From contig NIVC01000061.1 in the NCBI GenBank assembly GCA_002269645.1, forward strand, positions 1,054,001 to 1,118,000: a stretch of 64,000 nt of DNA, read 5' to 3'. The notes beneath the pieces were generated by a model. The model made no database searches. It was given only the letters and a program-made list of their open reading frames with translations, and was not told the origin of the DNA. Below are positions 49,561 to 62,220 of this stretch, in pieces (positions within the stretch are counted from its first letter, which is position 1; every line of letters begins with the position of its first letter). This DNA comes from Macrostomum lignano (Eukaryota). The position numbers and the translations under genes are program-made.

Positions 49561-50739
49561 TCTGTAGCTCAGGTGCTTCTCTGGGAGCTCTGTGGGAATT
49601 TTTAAACAGCGCAGTTGGAGCAGTTAGAGATATCTTCTTTATTATACAGTTTGAGCCATTTTTCTTTCAAATCATTTCATACGATGAAGCATCCAGGGAA
49701 ACTGCGCTTTCATTCTGAATGAATGACGCAGCCTTTGCATGCCAGTCTCGCTTGGATTGTCAGATAGACTCCAACCACCAGCATATCTGCAAAACAGCAG
49801 TGTTTCTTCTCTCAGAGTAAATATAGCTTTTGCAGCAGAATGCGTCTTATTTGCAACTGATTTCGGCAAACGCACGCAAGCAAATGGGTTTAGAGAATTT
49901 TCTGGGGTTCATAGTCTATAGAAAACGAATTCGTCACTTTTGCGATAGATTTCGGCAAAGCTGACTTGATAACAGACAAAAATTTCATGGCGCAGCCTGG
50001 CAACTATGCGTAAATTTCTCGACTCCATCGGCAGAGATTGATCAATGGAGAGATAGTGCACTTGCAAGCCGTGCTTCAGTCCCATTGTTTAGCGATTTGA
50101 CGATCATTGTTTGCATTTTCATGCAGAAAAATTCATTACTGCGGATCATCAAACAGAAAAGCAATGTAAAGAATCAGCGGTCGCAGCACGTGACAACGAT
50201 TTGTCTATGGCCAAATCCAAATCCTTGACCATAGACAATCGTTGTTGGCCAATCAGCTGGGAATAAGGCTTATTCCTTTTTACTCGTAGGTCCGTTCTTG
50301 TAGTCTATGGCTAGTTTATCTGGCCGGGCCGGGCAATGGAACACGGTAGAACGTTTATTTAAGCAACAGGAAACAGTGTACGGTAAAAGTGCAACCAATA
50401 CCAGAAGGATCCACGTCACCATCGATTAGTGTAGTCGAAAAAATGTCAGTCAAATTCAACGCGAATCTTGTTTGTCTCACCGCTGGTTTTGATGCGTCGC
50501 GCTTTTTTGCCAGATGGCTGCTCAACACACAAAGCGACAGTCGGAGAAGCTGCTTACATCCGGACAGACTTGACAGGCACAGCTGGTCTGGCCGAATTAA
50601 TGATGAAGTCTGTAGTAAACCTTTCTTGCTCCACAGAAACGCCGATGTAACATGGATTCGCCCTGGTCAATAAATGCAGCCCTCAGCCACTCTGGGGACC
50701 AAACAAATGAATCCATGGTGAGTGATACCAAATACGTCA

Positions 50740-50880
50740 ACAGCCGACAGCATCATCTCAGGACATTTCAAGAGACGGGCAGAGTTGAAACGCAGCCAAA
50801 AAGAGGGAACCGGCTGAAGGTGATACAAGAAAACATGCAGAAGGCGTTGTTAAACTGGCTCTCACACAACGGCTACGTCG
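50740..50880 (+). pseudogene. Possible Tc1/IS630-like transposase HTH remnant
   Basis: RTFQETGRVETQPKRGNRLKVI resembles the xxxGxvxxxxRxGRp linker; no DDE motif confirmed. Confidence 0.25.
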
Positions 50881-51017
50881 ACCCGAATGCTTGATTTCCT
50901 GACTGACCGGTTTCCTGACGCAGATACTACTCATAGTATGACAGGTTGTGCGATTTTTGCTAGATAAATTCAGTGCTAAAAAATCTGAAAAACCTCCATC
51001 TCGCTAATGAACAATGA

Positions 51018-51132
51018 AGATCAGTAAAGATCAGTGAACATCAGTGAACATCCGTGAACATCAGTGAACATCCGTGAACATCCGTGAACATCAGTGAACA
51101 TCCGTGAACATCCGTGAACATCAGTGAACATC
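51018..51132. repeat. 10 bp repeat (CAGTGAACAT/CCGTGAACAT)n
   Basis: Direct reading. Confidence 0.9.
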
Positions 51133-51597
51133 TGCTCAGCCGGACTTTAGGTCTTTAAAAAGTGGCTGTCAGAATTTCCATGATGAGGAATCAAAGCCAT
51201 TTTATTAAAGCAAATTCACTGCCGATAGGAAACTCAGCTGCACTAGAAAAAGTAGAAAAGCGAACAGGAAAAAGAACTGGCTAAAAGCACTCAAGCAGAC
51301 TGGGCGAACAGAGGCAAAAGCAAAGCAATTAACAAAATTCGAAAGCAGTTATCAGCAAATCGATTTTGTAATCAGGATATCGTAAGGACTTATTGAACAG
51401 GACTATTGGGTTAATGGCATAATCAGCACTAAACCGGTAATGTATTTGCTAACAAAGAGTAAACAGGCAATTGTCACTTTGATACCAAAGCCACTTGAGA
51501 AAAATTATTATGGCAAGTCGGTTCTTTTTAAATGAACATTTTTTGTTATTTCTAGCCGCTAAATAATCGCCATTTAACTTTTCATTGATGAATCAAC

Positions 51598-52795
51598 TTT
51601 ATTGCAAGATGGCGAACCGTGTTATTGCAAGATGGCGAACCGTGTTATTGCAAGATGGCGCCCCCATGTTACAGCAAGATAGCGCCCCGTGTTACAGCAA
51701 GATGGCGCCCCGTGTTATTGCAAGATGGCGTCCCGTGTTATTGCAAGATAGCGCCCCGTGTTACTGCAAGATAGCGCCCCGTGTTACTGCAAGATAGCGC
51801 CCCGTGTTATTGCAAGATGGCGCCCCGTGTTATTGCAACATGAGGCCCCGTGTTACTGCAAGATGGCGCCCCCATGTTACAGCAAGATGGCGCCCCGTGT
51901 TATTGCAAGATGGCGTCCCGTGTTATTGCAACATGAGGCCCCGTGTTACTGCAAGATGGCGCCCCGTATTATTGCAAGATGGCGCCCCGTGTTATTGCAA
52001 GATGGCGTCCCGTGTTATTGCAACATGAGGCCCCGTGTTACTGCAAGATAGCGCCCTGTGTTATTGCAAGATGGCGCCCCGTGTTATTGCAAGATGGCGC
52101 CCCGTGTTACTGCAAGATAGCGCCCCGTGTTATTGCAAGATGGCGCCCCGTGTTATTGCAAGATGGCGCCCCGTGTTATTGCAAGATGGCGCCCCGTGTT
52201 ATTGCAAGATGGTGCCCCGTGTTACTGTAAGATGGCGCCCCGTGTTATTGCAACATGAGGCCCCGTGTTACTGCAAGATGGCGCCCCGTGTTATTGCAAG
52301 ATGGCGCCCCGTGTTATTGCAAGATGGCGCTCCGTGTTATTGCAAGATGGCGCTCCGTGTTATTGCAAGATGGCGCCCCGTGTTATTGCAAGATGGCGCT
52401 CCGTGTTATTGCAAGATGGCGCCCCGTGTTATTGCAAGATGGCGCCCCGTGTTATTGCAAGATGGTGCCCCGTGTTACTGTAAGATGGCGCCCCGTGTTA
52501 TTGCAACATGAGGCCCCGTGTTACTGCAAGATGGCGCCCCGTGTTATTGCAAGATGGCGCCCCGTGTTATTGCAAGATGGCGCTCCGTGTTATTGCAAGA
52601 TGGCGCCCCGTGTTATTGCAAGATGGCGCTCCGTGTTATTGCAAGATGGCGCCCCGTGTTACTGTAAGATGGCGCCCCGTGTTATTGCAAGATGGCGCCC
52701 CGTGTTATTGCAAGATGGCGCCCCGTGTTATTGCAAGATGGCGCCCCGTGTTATTGCAAGATGGTGCCCCGTGTTACTGCAAGATGGCGCCCCCA
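51598..52795. repeat. 23 bp minisatellite (GCAAGATGGCGCCCCGTGTTATT)n abutting the fascin stop
   Basis: About 50 units; explains the RWRPVLLQ/KMAPRVIA ORFs. Confidence 0.97.
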
Positions 52796-52800
52796 TGGGC

Positions 52801-55800
52801 TCAGTACTCCCACAGGCAGGCTTCCGTGATCTCCGTGGCGTCGGCCCGAACCGTGCCGTTCTGTTCACCACGAACGTAGCAGCCGTTGTGGGCGAGAATG
52901 GCCACCCGTGACCGGCTGTGGAACTGGAAGATGAACTCCTCGGGGGCTGCGCCTTTGAACGAGATGCTGAAGTCACCCTGGATGATCCAGTAGCCCTCGG
53001 GGCCTGTTTGCGGCGAGGGGTTTAGCAGGAGTGCTGCTCAAAACTGAAGGAGTTTCCTACTGAAACATTGTGGTTCTTATCTTGATTTGAATTCCCTTAA
53101 TCCCAGATCTGAGTTCCATTAACTACTCTAATTCCCATTCGTAATTCCCCTAATTCCCATTCGTAATTCCCCTAATTCCCATTCGTAATTCCCCTAATTC
53201 CCATTCGTAATTCCCCTAATTCCCATTCGTAATTCCCCTAATTCCCATTCGTAATTCCCCTAATTCCCATTCGTAATTCCCCTAATTCCCAATCAGAATT
53301 CCCTTAATTCTCAATCTGAATTCCTTAAATTCCCAATCTGAATTCCCCAAATTCCCAACCTGAATTCCCCACGCCGGAAGTCCCGCAACCGGGCGGCTCA
53401 CCCTTGATATGGTAGAAGCCGGAGTTCGCAGCCTCCAGCTGGAAGGCGTCATAGCTGCTCAAGTTGCACTCCAGCCGCCCGTTGCGGACGCCAACGAAGC
53501 CGAAGTCGCAGCGGAAGACGGCGATGGGCCGGTTCAGCAGCACCAGCTGGAAGGTCTCCTCCGCGCGGACCTCCGCGCCAACGGCGTTCACCGCGCCGAG
53601 CTTCTTCGCCGACAGGTAATAACCGTTGGAGCTCTTGATTGCCACGAAGCCTTTGGCCAGGTGCTCCAGCTCGAACTGGGTGGTGGCGTCTCTGCCCGGT
53701 CGGGTGGTTTGACGATGGGGATTTGAAGCTGAGCTGCTTAAATCTGGTTCCCGCTTATCTTGTATTGAATCCCTCATCCTAGCGTCAGGTCTAATCTACT
53801 TTCATTTACCCCAGATATATCTTCAATAAACTATCCCAGATCCAATCTTCTCTAATCTATCTCGGATCTAATCTACTCTCCTCTATCTCAGATCTAATCT
53901 ACTCACATCTATCTCAGATCTAATCTACTCACATCTATCTCAGATCTAATCTACTCACATCTATCTCAGATCTAATCTACTCACATCTATCTCAGATCTA
54001 ATCTACTCTCCTCTATCTCAGATCTAATCTACTCACATCTATCTCAGATCTAATCTACTCTCCTCTATCTCAGATCTAATCTACTCACATCTATCTCAGA
54101 TCTAATCTACTCACATCTATCTCAGATCTAATCTACTCTCCTCTATCTCAGATCTAATCTACTCACATCTATCTCAGATCTAATCTACTCTCCTCTATCT
54201 CAGATCCAATCTTCTCTAATCTATCTCAGATCTAATTTACTCTCCTCTATCTCAGATCTAATCTACTCTGCTCTATCTCAGATCTAATCTTCTGGTCTCT
54301 ATCTCAGATCTAATCTACTCTCCTCTATCTCAGATCTAATCTACTCACATCTATCTCAGATCTAATCTACTCTCCTCTATCTCAGATCTAATCCTATGGT
54401 CTCTATCTCAGATCTAATCTACTCTCCTCTATCTCAGATCTAATCTACTCTCCTCTATCTCAGATCTAATCTATGGCCTCCATCTCAGATCTAATCTACT
54501 CTCCTCTATCTCATATCTTGTCTACTCTCCTCTATTTCAGATCTAATCTACTCTCCTCTATCTCATATCTTGTCTACTCTCCTCTATTTCAGATCTAATC
54601 TACTCTCCTCTATCTCAGATCTAATCTTATGGTCTCTATCTCAGATCTAATCTACTCTCCTCTATCTCAGATCTAATCTACTCTCCTCTATCTCAGATCT
54701 AATCTATGGCCTCCATCTCAGATCTAATCTACTCTCCTCTATCTCATATCTTGTCTACTCTCCTCTATTTCAGATCTAATCTACTCTCCTCTATTTCAGA
54801 ATTAATATACTCTCCTCTATCTCAGATCTAATCTACTCTCCTCTATCTCAGATCTAATCTACTCTCCTCTATCTCAGATCTAATCTACTCTCCTCTATCT
54901 CAGATCTAATCTACTCTCCTCTATCTCAGATCTAATCTATGGCCTCCATCTCAGATCTAATCTACTCTCCTCTATCTCATATCTAGTCTACTCTCCTCCA
55001 TCTCAGATCTAATCTACTCTCCTCTATCTCATATCTAGTCTACTCTCCTCTATTTCAGATCTAATCTACTATCCTCTATTTCAGAATTAATCTACTCTCC
55101 TCTATCTCAGATCTAGTCTACTCACATCTATCTCAGATCAAATCTACACATATCTAATCTCTACTCTCATCCATCTCGTGCTACCCAGCCTCACCCCGCA
55201 TCCCCGGAAGCGTTGACTCCGTTAGCCACGGCGGACAATCGCCAGAATTTGTCGTCCTTGGTTCGAAATCGCCACTTGCCAGTCGAGGACACGAACTCCA
55301 GCTGGTAGGTCTCCGTGGCTTCGATCTCGCTCTGGTTCACGTTCAAGTCCTGACCTATAGGGAAGCATCATCAAATATGGACTTTTTCTGCAATCTGCGA
55401 GTCGATCTACTTGAACCCGAGTCGGACCTGCGACCTCAAATCTATTCCACTCTCATCTATCTCAGATCTATTCCACTCTCATCTATCTCAGATCTATTCC
55501 ACTTTCATCTATCTCAGATCTATTCCACTCTCATCTATCTCAGATCTATTCCACTCTCATCTATCTTAGATCTATTCCACTCTCATCTATCTCAGATCTA
55601 TTCCACTCTCATCTATCTTAGATCTATTCCACTCTCATCTATCTCAGATCTATTCCACTCTCATCTATCTCAGATCTATTCCACTCTCATCTATCTCAGA
55701 TCTATTCCACTCTCATCTATCTTAGATCTATTCCACTCTCATCTATCTCAGATCTATTCCACTCTCATCTATATCAGATCTATTCCACTCTCATCTATAT

Positions 55801-57325
55801 CATATCTATTCCAATCTCGTCTATCACATCTACTCGGTACAACTCATATCAATCCCACATATTTCCCTCTTCGAAATCTTGTTTAAAGGAGAAATAAAAG
55901 ATAAAAAATCGTGTATTTCTACTAGCAGTAGCAAAGTTAGGCAAGGGATTCGCCCTGTATTTCCCAAGCAGAAGTTCAAAAATAGCAAATTCCGTCAGCT
56001 TCTGCGCACTCCCCCGGCTCTGGGAACCATAAATAGGCTTTAGCAAGGGGAACTCCGGGTCCTAATCCTAAATCCTACTCTAGCTAATCTCTCTCCCAGC
56101 CACGCGATGACTCAGCCCAGAAGATCAGCTTGGGTGCAAGTTGAGCTCAGAGTGCTCCCCCTGCTTGACGCTGGCGTAGCGGCCGTTGAAAGCTTTGACT
56201 GCCACCTGCGGGTAGCTGGCCTCCAGGACAAACAGTTCGTCCTTCGTGACGTTCTGGTTTTTTGTTTTGGTGGTGCCGCTGGACCCAGTGTTGGTGAGGT
56301 AGCGGCCGTTTGAGTCCTGCGTTTAAGCAATGGGCAATGGGTTGTGCTGATTGAGTTCATTACTAGGCACAAATTCATGGGTGGGAGAGAGTTCGAGCAG
56401 GGTGCGCTCTGGAAGTCCTTCTATTGAATCACCTAAAAGCTCCATGATTTTAATAGCAATCCGTTTGAAGGTCTAAGAACTTGCTAATCATCCTCAGCCT
56501 AATTTTTATCCCATCCTTACCGCATCTTCACTGTATCCTCGTCTCATCCATATCACATTCTCATCATATCCTCGCCGCATTCTCGTCACATCCTCACCGC
56601 ATCCTGAATACATCCTGATCACATTCTGATCACATCCTGATCACATCCTCACCGCATCCCGATCTCCAGCTCACCTTGAACGCCAGGCCGGGCGCGGCAC
56701 CGCAGTGGAACTCAGGGCTGAGCAGCACCTCCTCGGACATCTCTGCTGAGAGCTCGCCAGTCCGGCTCAGGTAGCTCCCGTCCGATGCCCGAATGGCCAC
56801 TCGGCCGTCGACAGACTGCATCAGCGTGATGAGACTCTCAGCGCCCCAGGGGTTGACCCGGTCGCCGGAGATCTCGCCGTCGCCCAGCCGCAGGTAGCGA
56901 CCCCGATTGAGATTCTTCAGGTGCACCTGCGGGTGCAGCGCCAGCTGGCACTTCCACCAGACTGGCGACCGGGCGAAGCACCGCACCTGGTCCCCCTCGC
57001 CGCTGAAGTACCAGCCGTGCAGGACGCTCCTCAGGGCCAGGCGAGCTCCCCCTTCTGAGGAATACTCGACGGCGAAGCGCTCCTCGGTGTCCACCGACTC
57101 GGCGCAGGCGGTCACGTTGCCGTCCTTGTCAGCGGACAGGTAGCGATTCAGGTGCGAGCGCAGGGCCACGAATGACTCCGTGTGCGCGTCCGGCACCAGA
57201 GTCCAGGTCTGGCGCTTCTTCAACGAGCTGGCGGACACGTTCAGCTTGAAGCCGAATGGCTCGGCCGTCAGGAACTTGCCGGTGGCCGCGCTGCACAGGC
57301 CGACCTTCCAGCCGGAGTCTTCCAT
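52801..57325 (-). CDS. FSCN: Fascin (actin-bundling, beta-trefoil), 5 exons, 486 aa; intron 2 donor non-canonical
   Basis: join(57325..56675, 56316..56160, 55354..55195, 53691..53402, 53003..52801) = 1461 nt in phase; [35 protein letters not shown]-terminal LWEY*. Donor after 56160 reads GGGAGC. Confidence 0.92.
53140..53365. repeat. 22 bp repeat (AATTCCCATTCGTAATTCCCCT)n in fascin intron 4
   Basis: Direct reading. Confidence 0.9.
53850..55170. repeat. 26 bp minisatellite (CTATCTCAGATCTAATCTACTCTCCT)n in fascin intron 3
   Basis: Direct reading. Confidence 0.96.
55437..55830. repeat. 26 bp minisatellite (CTATCTCAGATCTATTCCACTCTCAT)n in fascin intron 2
   Basis: Direct reading; sister of the intron 3 unit. 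Confidence 0.95.
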
Positions 57326-57827
57326 GCTGATCCTGGCAAGTCAGTCAGTGCTTGACCTGCTGGCGGGGGGCTTGGATATAAGCACGGATGAGCAACCAGC
57401 TTTGGGGGGCTGCAGCCGCGTACAGAGCGAGGGCAGAGAGCTGCAACGCGTCCGCTAGGAAGAAATCTCATTCTAGCCTGTCTTCTAGTAGACATTGGGG
57501 CGGTAGACTTGCGGGGGTGGCTGCGGGGTTGGGGCGAGGGGTTTCGCATCCGCTTATCGATTTCCTGGCTGTCCTTTCCTCCTCCCCCACCTCTCCCTCG
57601 CCGCTCGCAGGCTGTACGCACAGGTCATGGACGTCTGGCACGCCCAAATTAAGGGCTTAGAATTTTGGCCGGGCTTCCAGTCCAAGCGGCAATGCGCAGT
57701 AGTCCATGCGGTACGGGATTTGCTAGTTCTGCATAAGTGGAGGTCAGGAAGAAAGGCTGACTTGTCTTTCTGGCAGCCAAAATATTATATTATATCTAAT
57801 TATATCTAAACTCATGTTCAGAGCTGC

Positions 57828-58152
57828 TTCAATTGTGCTTGAATAGGTGTGTCAGGGGTGCTTGAATAGGTGTGTCAGAGGTGCTTGAATAGGTGTGTCA
57901 GAGATGCTTGAATAGGTGTGTCAGAGATGCTTGAATAGGTGTGTCAGGGGTGCTTGAAAATGTGTGTCAGAGATGCTTGAATAGGTGTGTCAGAGGTGCT
58001 TGAATAGGTGTGTCAGAGATGCTTGAATAGGTGTGTCAGAGATGCTTGAATAGGTGTGTCAGGGGTGCTTGAAAATGTGTGTCAGAGATGCTTGAATATG
58101 TGTGTCAGAGGTGCTTGAATAGGTGTGTCAGAGATGCTTGAATAGGTGTGCC
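57828..58152. repeat. 23 bp repeat (TGCTTGAATAGGTGTGTCAGAGA)n
   Basis: Direct reading. Confidence 0.93.
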
Positions 58153-58757
58153 AGTGGTCTTACTGTACTTTTCCTAAATTTAAGAGAAGTTCCTGTCTTC
58201 ATTCGCTAATTCTTTCTCTCACAGAAAAATTCGCACATTTCTACTTGACAGTAGTGTAGTGAAAATTTAGCTATAGAAATCGTATTGATTGGGTTAAAAT
58301 AGTTTATTGGTAAATCGGCCTTGGGTACCAGATAAGTTTGCCGCAATAAATGATGAATAAACACCGATTTAGTCAACTGCGACAGCAGCCCATAAAAGTT
58401 GTTAATCAGACATTAAAATCACAGTATGCATAAATGTAGTATTTACACTGCTATAAGGTTTAACTACACAAAACAAAGAATATTACCGGAAAAGTGCAAC
58501 TCAGCAAAGGTACAAAATAGCAAATCTGAATTAGGATTAATTCAGACTGACAAAATTAGTGTGCGAGCGCCATTCAATGTAAACAATATGCATGTGCATG
58601 TCCGTGTGCCAGTGTGCCAATTTGAAATTGTAGAAACGAGTGTGAAATTTTGTTATAATTCAAAGATGAAATGGCTGGGGGATTGCTTTTCAATTCCTAA
58701 TGGATTGAAGGATGGCGCCAGTTGCAAAGCGTTAATTATGCGGCTGCAGTTAGTCTG

Positions 58758-59180
58758 AGGGGTGTCAGTTGGTAGGTCTACGGGATGTCAGCTAGGTCTA
58801 TTGGATGTCAGTCAGGTCTATGGGATGTCAGGCAGGTCTTTGGGGTGTCAGTTAGGTCTATGGGGTGTCAGTTAGGTCTATGGGGTGTCAATGGGGTGTC
58901 AGTTAGGTCTATGGGGTGTCAATGGGATGTCAGTTAGGTCTGTGGGATGTCAGTCAGGTCTATGGGGTGTCAGTTATGTCTATGGGATGTCAGTCAGGTC
59001 TATGGGGTGTCAGTTAGGTCTATGGGGTGTCAGTTAGGTCTATGGGGTGTCAGTTAGGTCAATGGGGTGTCAGGTAGGGTTGTAGGGTGTCAGTCAGGTT
59101 TATATGACGTCAGCAATGGGGTGTCAGTTAGGTCAATGGGGTGTCCGGTAGGGTTGTAGGGTGTCAGTCAGGTCTATATG
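58758..59180. repeat. About 20 bp repeat (GGGGTGTCAGTTAGGTCTAT)n 3' of alpha-kinase gene
   Basis: Direct reading. Confidence 0.9.
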
Positions 59181-59204
59181 CCGTCAGCTAGTGGTGTCAG
59201 GCGG

Positions 59205-60992
59205 TCAGGCCCTGTGCACAATGGAGGTGGGCTCTGGCAGGGCCTTGCCGAACCAGGCCTGCACAATGAGATAGTAGCGGTCCCTGGACTGGATGTCGAG
59301 CTGGCGGCAGGCGTGGCAGTTGTTGCCGTTGTTGGGGCCGCAGAAGCCGTCAGTCATGCGGTCCCGAGCCATGTTCTTCCTGCCGCAGTAGAATTTGTTA
59401 GTCTCGCTGCTCAGTCTGGAGACCGCGCCTTCCCGATTGACTAAGGCTCGAATTTTGAGCAGGCCGAACTCCTCAAGGTCTCTGCGCATGCAGCCGCAGC
59501 AGTTGCAGCCGTTCCTGGGGCCGCAGGAGCCGTCGCAGCAGTCGCAGGGAGGGCCGTTCAGGCGCCGGCCGCAGTAGTTCTTGCGGGTCAGGTTGAAGCT
59601 CGCCTCTGGCAGGTCCTGGCCGGCTCTGGGGGATGCGATGGGAATGCAATGATTTGGAGATAAATAAGTGATGGAGTGCAGAACGGAGGCTGTGACAGTG
59701 AATAGTGAAAGATTTGACACAGAAAATTAGCAATGGCAGTTGAAGGGAAAGAAAGACAGAGGCAGGGAAGGAGAGGTAGAGAGGGGAGAGAGGGAGTGGG
59801 GGGAGAGGGAGAGGGGAGGGCAGAGAGGGAGAGGGGAGGGCAGAGAGGCAGAGGGGAGGGCAGAGAGGGAGAGGGGAGGGCAGAGAGGCAGAGGGGAGGG
59901 CAGAGAGGGAGAGGGGAGGGCAGAGAGGCAGAGGGGAGGGCAGAGAGGCAGAGGGGAGGGCAGAGAGGGAGAGGCGAGGGCAGAGAGGGAGAGGCGAGGG
60001 CAGAGAGGGAGAGGGGAGGGCAGAGAGGGAGAGGGGAAGGCAGAGAGGGAGAGGGGAGGGCAGAGAGGGAGAGGGGAGGGCAGAGAGGGAGAGGGGAGGG
60101 CAGAGAGGGAGACGGGAGGGCAGAGAGGGAGAGGGGAGGGCAGAGAGGGAGAGGGGAGGGCAGAGAGGGAGAGGGGAGGGCAGAGAGAAGGGGAAGGTAG
60201 GAGAGAGGTGCAGCGAGGAGTAAGGAATGAGAGGCAGAGCGTGACAGAAAAGTGACAGACAAAACTGACTGAAGAGGCGGATGCTGCAGCCAGTTACGCA
60301 ACTCACTTCAAATCCGAGATGGGGAACAGGATGCAGACGCTGGTGCAGCGGTGGCTGCTGAAGAACCGCACGAAGCCGTCTCTGCCCAGATCGGTGTCGC
60401 CGAACTTGCCGCCCTCCCGGCTGTGCACCGCCGGGTCAGTCAGCCAGTATCCTCGCGAAGTCCTGACGCCCTGGATGTCGCAGACGAGATACCTGCCGCC
60501 AGTCTTGTAGTAGGTGTAGTGCGAGAAGCAGGGCACGGTGGCCACCTCGTCGCTCTGGTAGTGGGCATTGTTGTTGAACTTCTCGTACCTGCCCTCGATG
60601 AACTCTTCAACAAGGATTTTGTCGCCACGTCGCGAGTAGCAGCTGCCGGTGGTCAGCACGGTGGCCATCGCTGGCTGCACAAACCGCAGTGGCTTGGAGC
60701 TGACGAACTCCTTGTTGAACAGCTCGGCCAGCTTGCCCGCCTTCCTGCTGGCCTGCATGTCGGCTTCGTAGTCTGCCAGGGCACCGCCGTGGCGACATGC
60801 CGCGATGGCCACCTTGGCGACGCAGCGCTTGCCGTTCAGCGGCCCCCGGCCCCGGTAGACGCCCTGAAATGCCAAGCGGCAGCTGCCGTTGGCGAACGGG
60901 CGCTCCTGAAAGTCGATCAGGTAGGCGGCACCATCGATTGTTGAGTCCAACTCGGCGGTCTGGTGAGCTGCTTGAGCCATGCTGGAACCCAT
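59205..60992 (-). CDS. Alpha-kinase (eEF2K/MHCK/ALPK-type) fused to two Cys-rich repeats, about 368 aa
   Basis: join(60992..60307, 59625..59205), phase 2 GT-AG. Kinase motifs PFANGSCRLAF, CVAK, EEFIEGRYEKFNNN, FSHYTY, LVCDIQG, LTDPAVHS, GDTDLG, HRCxxxC. Exon 2 has 2x YCGR..DGxCGPxNGxNCxxC. Confidence 0.85.
59790..60190. repeat. 18 bp polypurine repeat (GAGGGAGAGGGGAGGGCA)n in alpha-kinase intron
   Basis: Direct reading. Confidence 0.96.
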
Positions 60993-61566
60993 GCTGTGCC
61001 GTCTGTGCCTGATGCTAGTGCAAAATATCAGCACACTCCTCGGGTGGTTAATGAACCGAGAGGAGTGTTATACTAAACGAGAAGTGTGTCGATGTACATT
61101 CAGCATATTTAAGTTCTATTTCACAATTTCCTATACAAAAATAATAACGCTTTGACAAGCTATCAGCCTTCGTGGTCTGTCTCTCTGTGTACGCGAAATG
61201 TACATTGTCTGTTGGGCTGATTGTGCACTGGAGCACAGTGAATTTATTTAATTGTAGCTATGCGTAGCTTTCGTTCGGTATCAACTTGAGTCAGGCCTAT
61301 TTTTAGATTTTTAGGTACGAGTACTGCAGACACTGTATGAAGCGTTACCCCCCAGTGAAGTGTCAAGTTCCCTCACGTGTTTGTTTAGAACTGCTTTGCA
61401 AGATCTTGATACAAGGCAAAAAACTCTAAAACCATTTTTAAAGACTTTAAGACTTCACAAACATTTTAAAGACTTCAGTAAACAGTTGTGATTTTTTATT
61501 TCCGTAATGAAACGCTATGTTATTTTTATTGAGCATTCTGTCTCTGATGCATGCGAGTTTGTGCCT

Positions 61567-62220
61567 CTAGCTCAGTGCAGCATCAGCCGTAGCGCCCGCC
61601 CTGTGCAAGCGTTTCTCATGATTGCGCAGATGCGTCAGCCGTTTGAAAGCCCGGCCGCACTGACGGCACTCGAACGGGCGTTCACCGCTGTGGATTCGCT
61701 CGTGCTCAACCGCGTGCGGCTTGTGAGCAAAGCTGCAGTCGCAGTGGCGGCACTTGTACGGCCGCTCGCCGGAGTGAATCCGACGGTGCACCTGCAGGTG
61801 GCCCTTCTCCAGGAAGCCGCGGCCGCAGATGTCGCATTTGAACGGCCGTTCGTTCGAATGCGACATCGAGTGACGCTTTAGTCCGAACCGAGTTTTGAAG
61901 GCCTTGCGGCAGTCAGTCCGATCGCAGACGAACGGTCTGGCTGCAGAGCTGTGCTCTCGGCTAGCGTGCTGCTTCAGCGCTCGGGTAGAATAGAACGGCT
62001 TCTTGCACTGGGCGCAGGAGATCCCGATGCTCGCCTGATCCCCACTCTGATGACCAAATTTCCCGTCGACCACTCTGCTGCTGCTGTTGTACACCGCAAA
62101 GTCTGCAACGATGAAACCATCTTCATAGTAGTCGCTTGATGGCGAGTGCTGAGAATCGGCGAAGTCTTCTAAACCGTCTTTGTCGCTGTGCTGCATGCTG
62201 CTTTCAGAAATCAAGTTCAT
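61567..62220 (-). CDS. C2H2 zinc-finger protein, 5 fingers, 217 aa
   Basis: Five C-x2/4-C...H-x3/4-H units with SNERPF, SGERPY and SGERPF linkers; acidic N-terminus. Confidence 0.9.
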   Translation of the reverse strand: MNLISESSMQHSDKDGLEDFADSQHSPSSDYYEDGFIVADFAVYNSSSRVVDGKFGHQSGDQASIGISCAQCKKPFYSTRALKQHASREHSSAARPFVCDRTDCRKAFKTRFGLKRHSMSHSNERPFKCDICGRGFLEKGHLQVHRRIHSGERPYKCRHCDCSFAHKPHAVEHERIHSGERPFECRQCGRAFKRLTHLRNHEKRLHRAGATADAALS

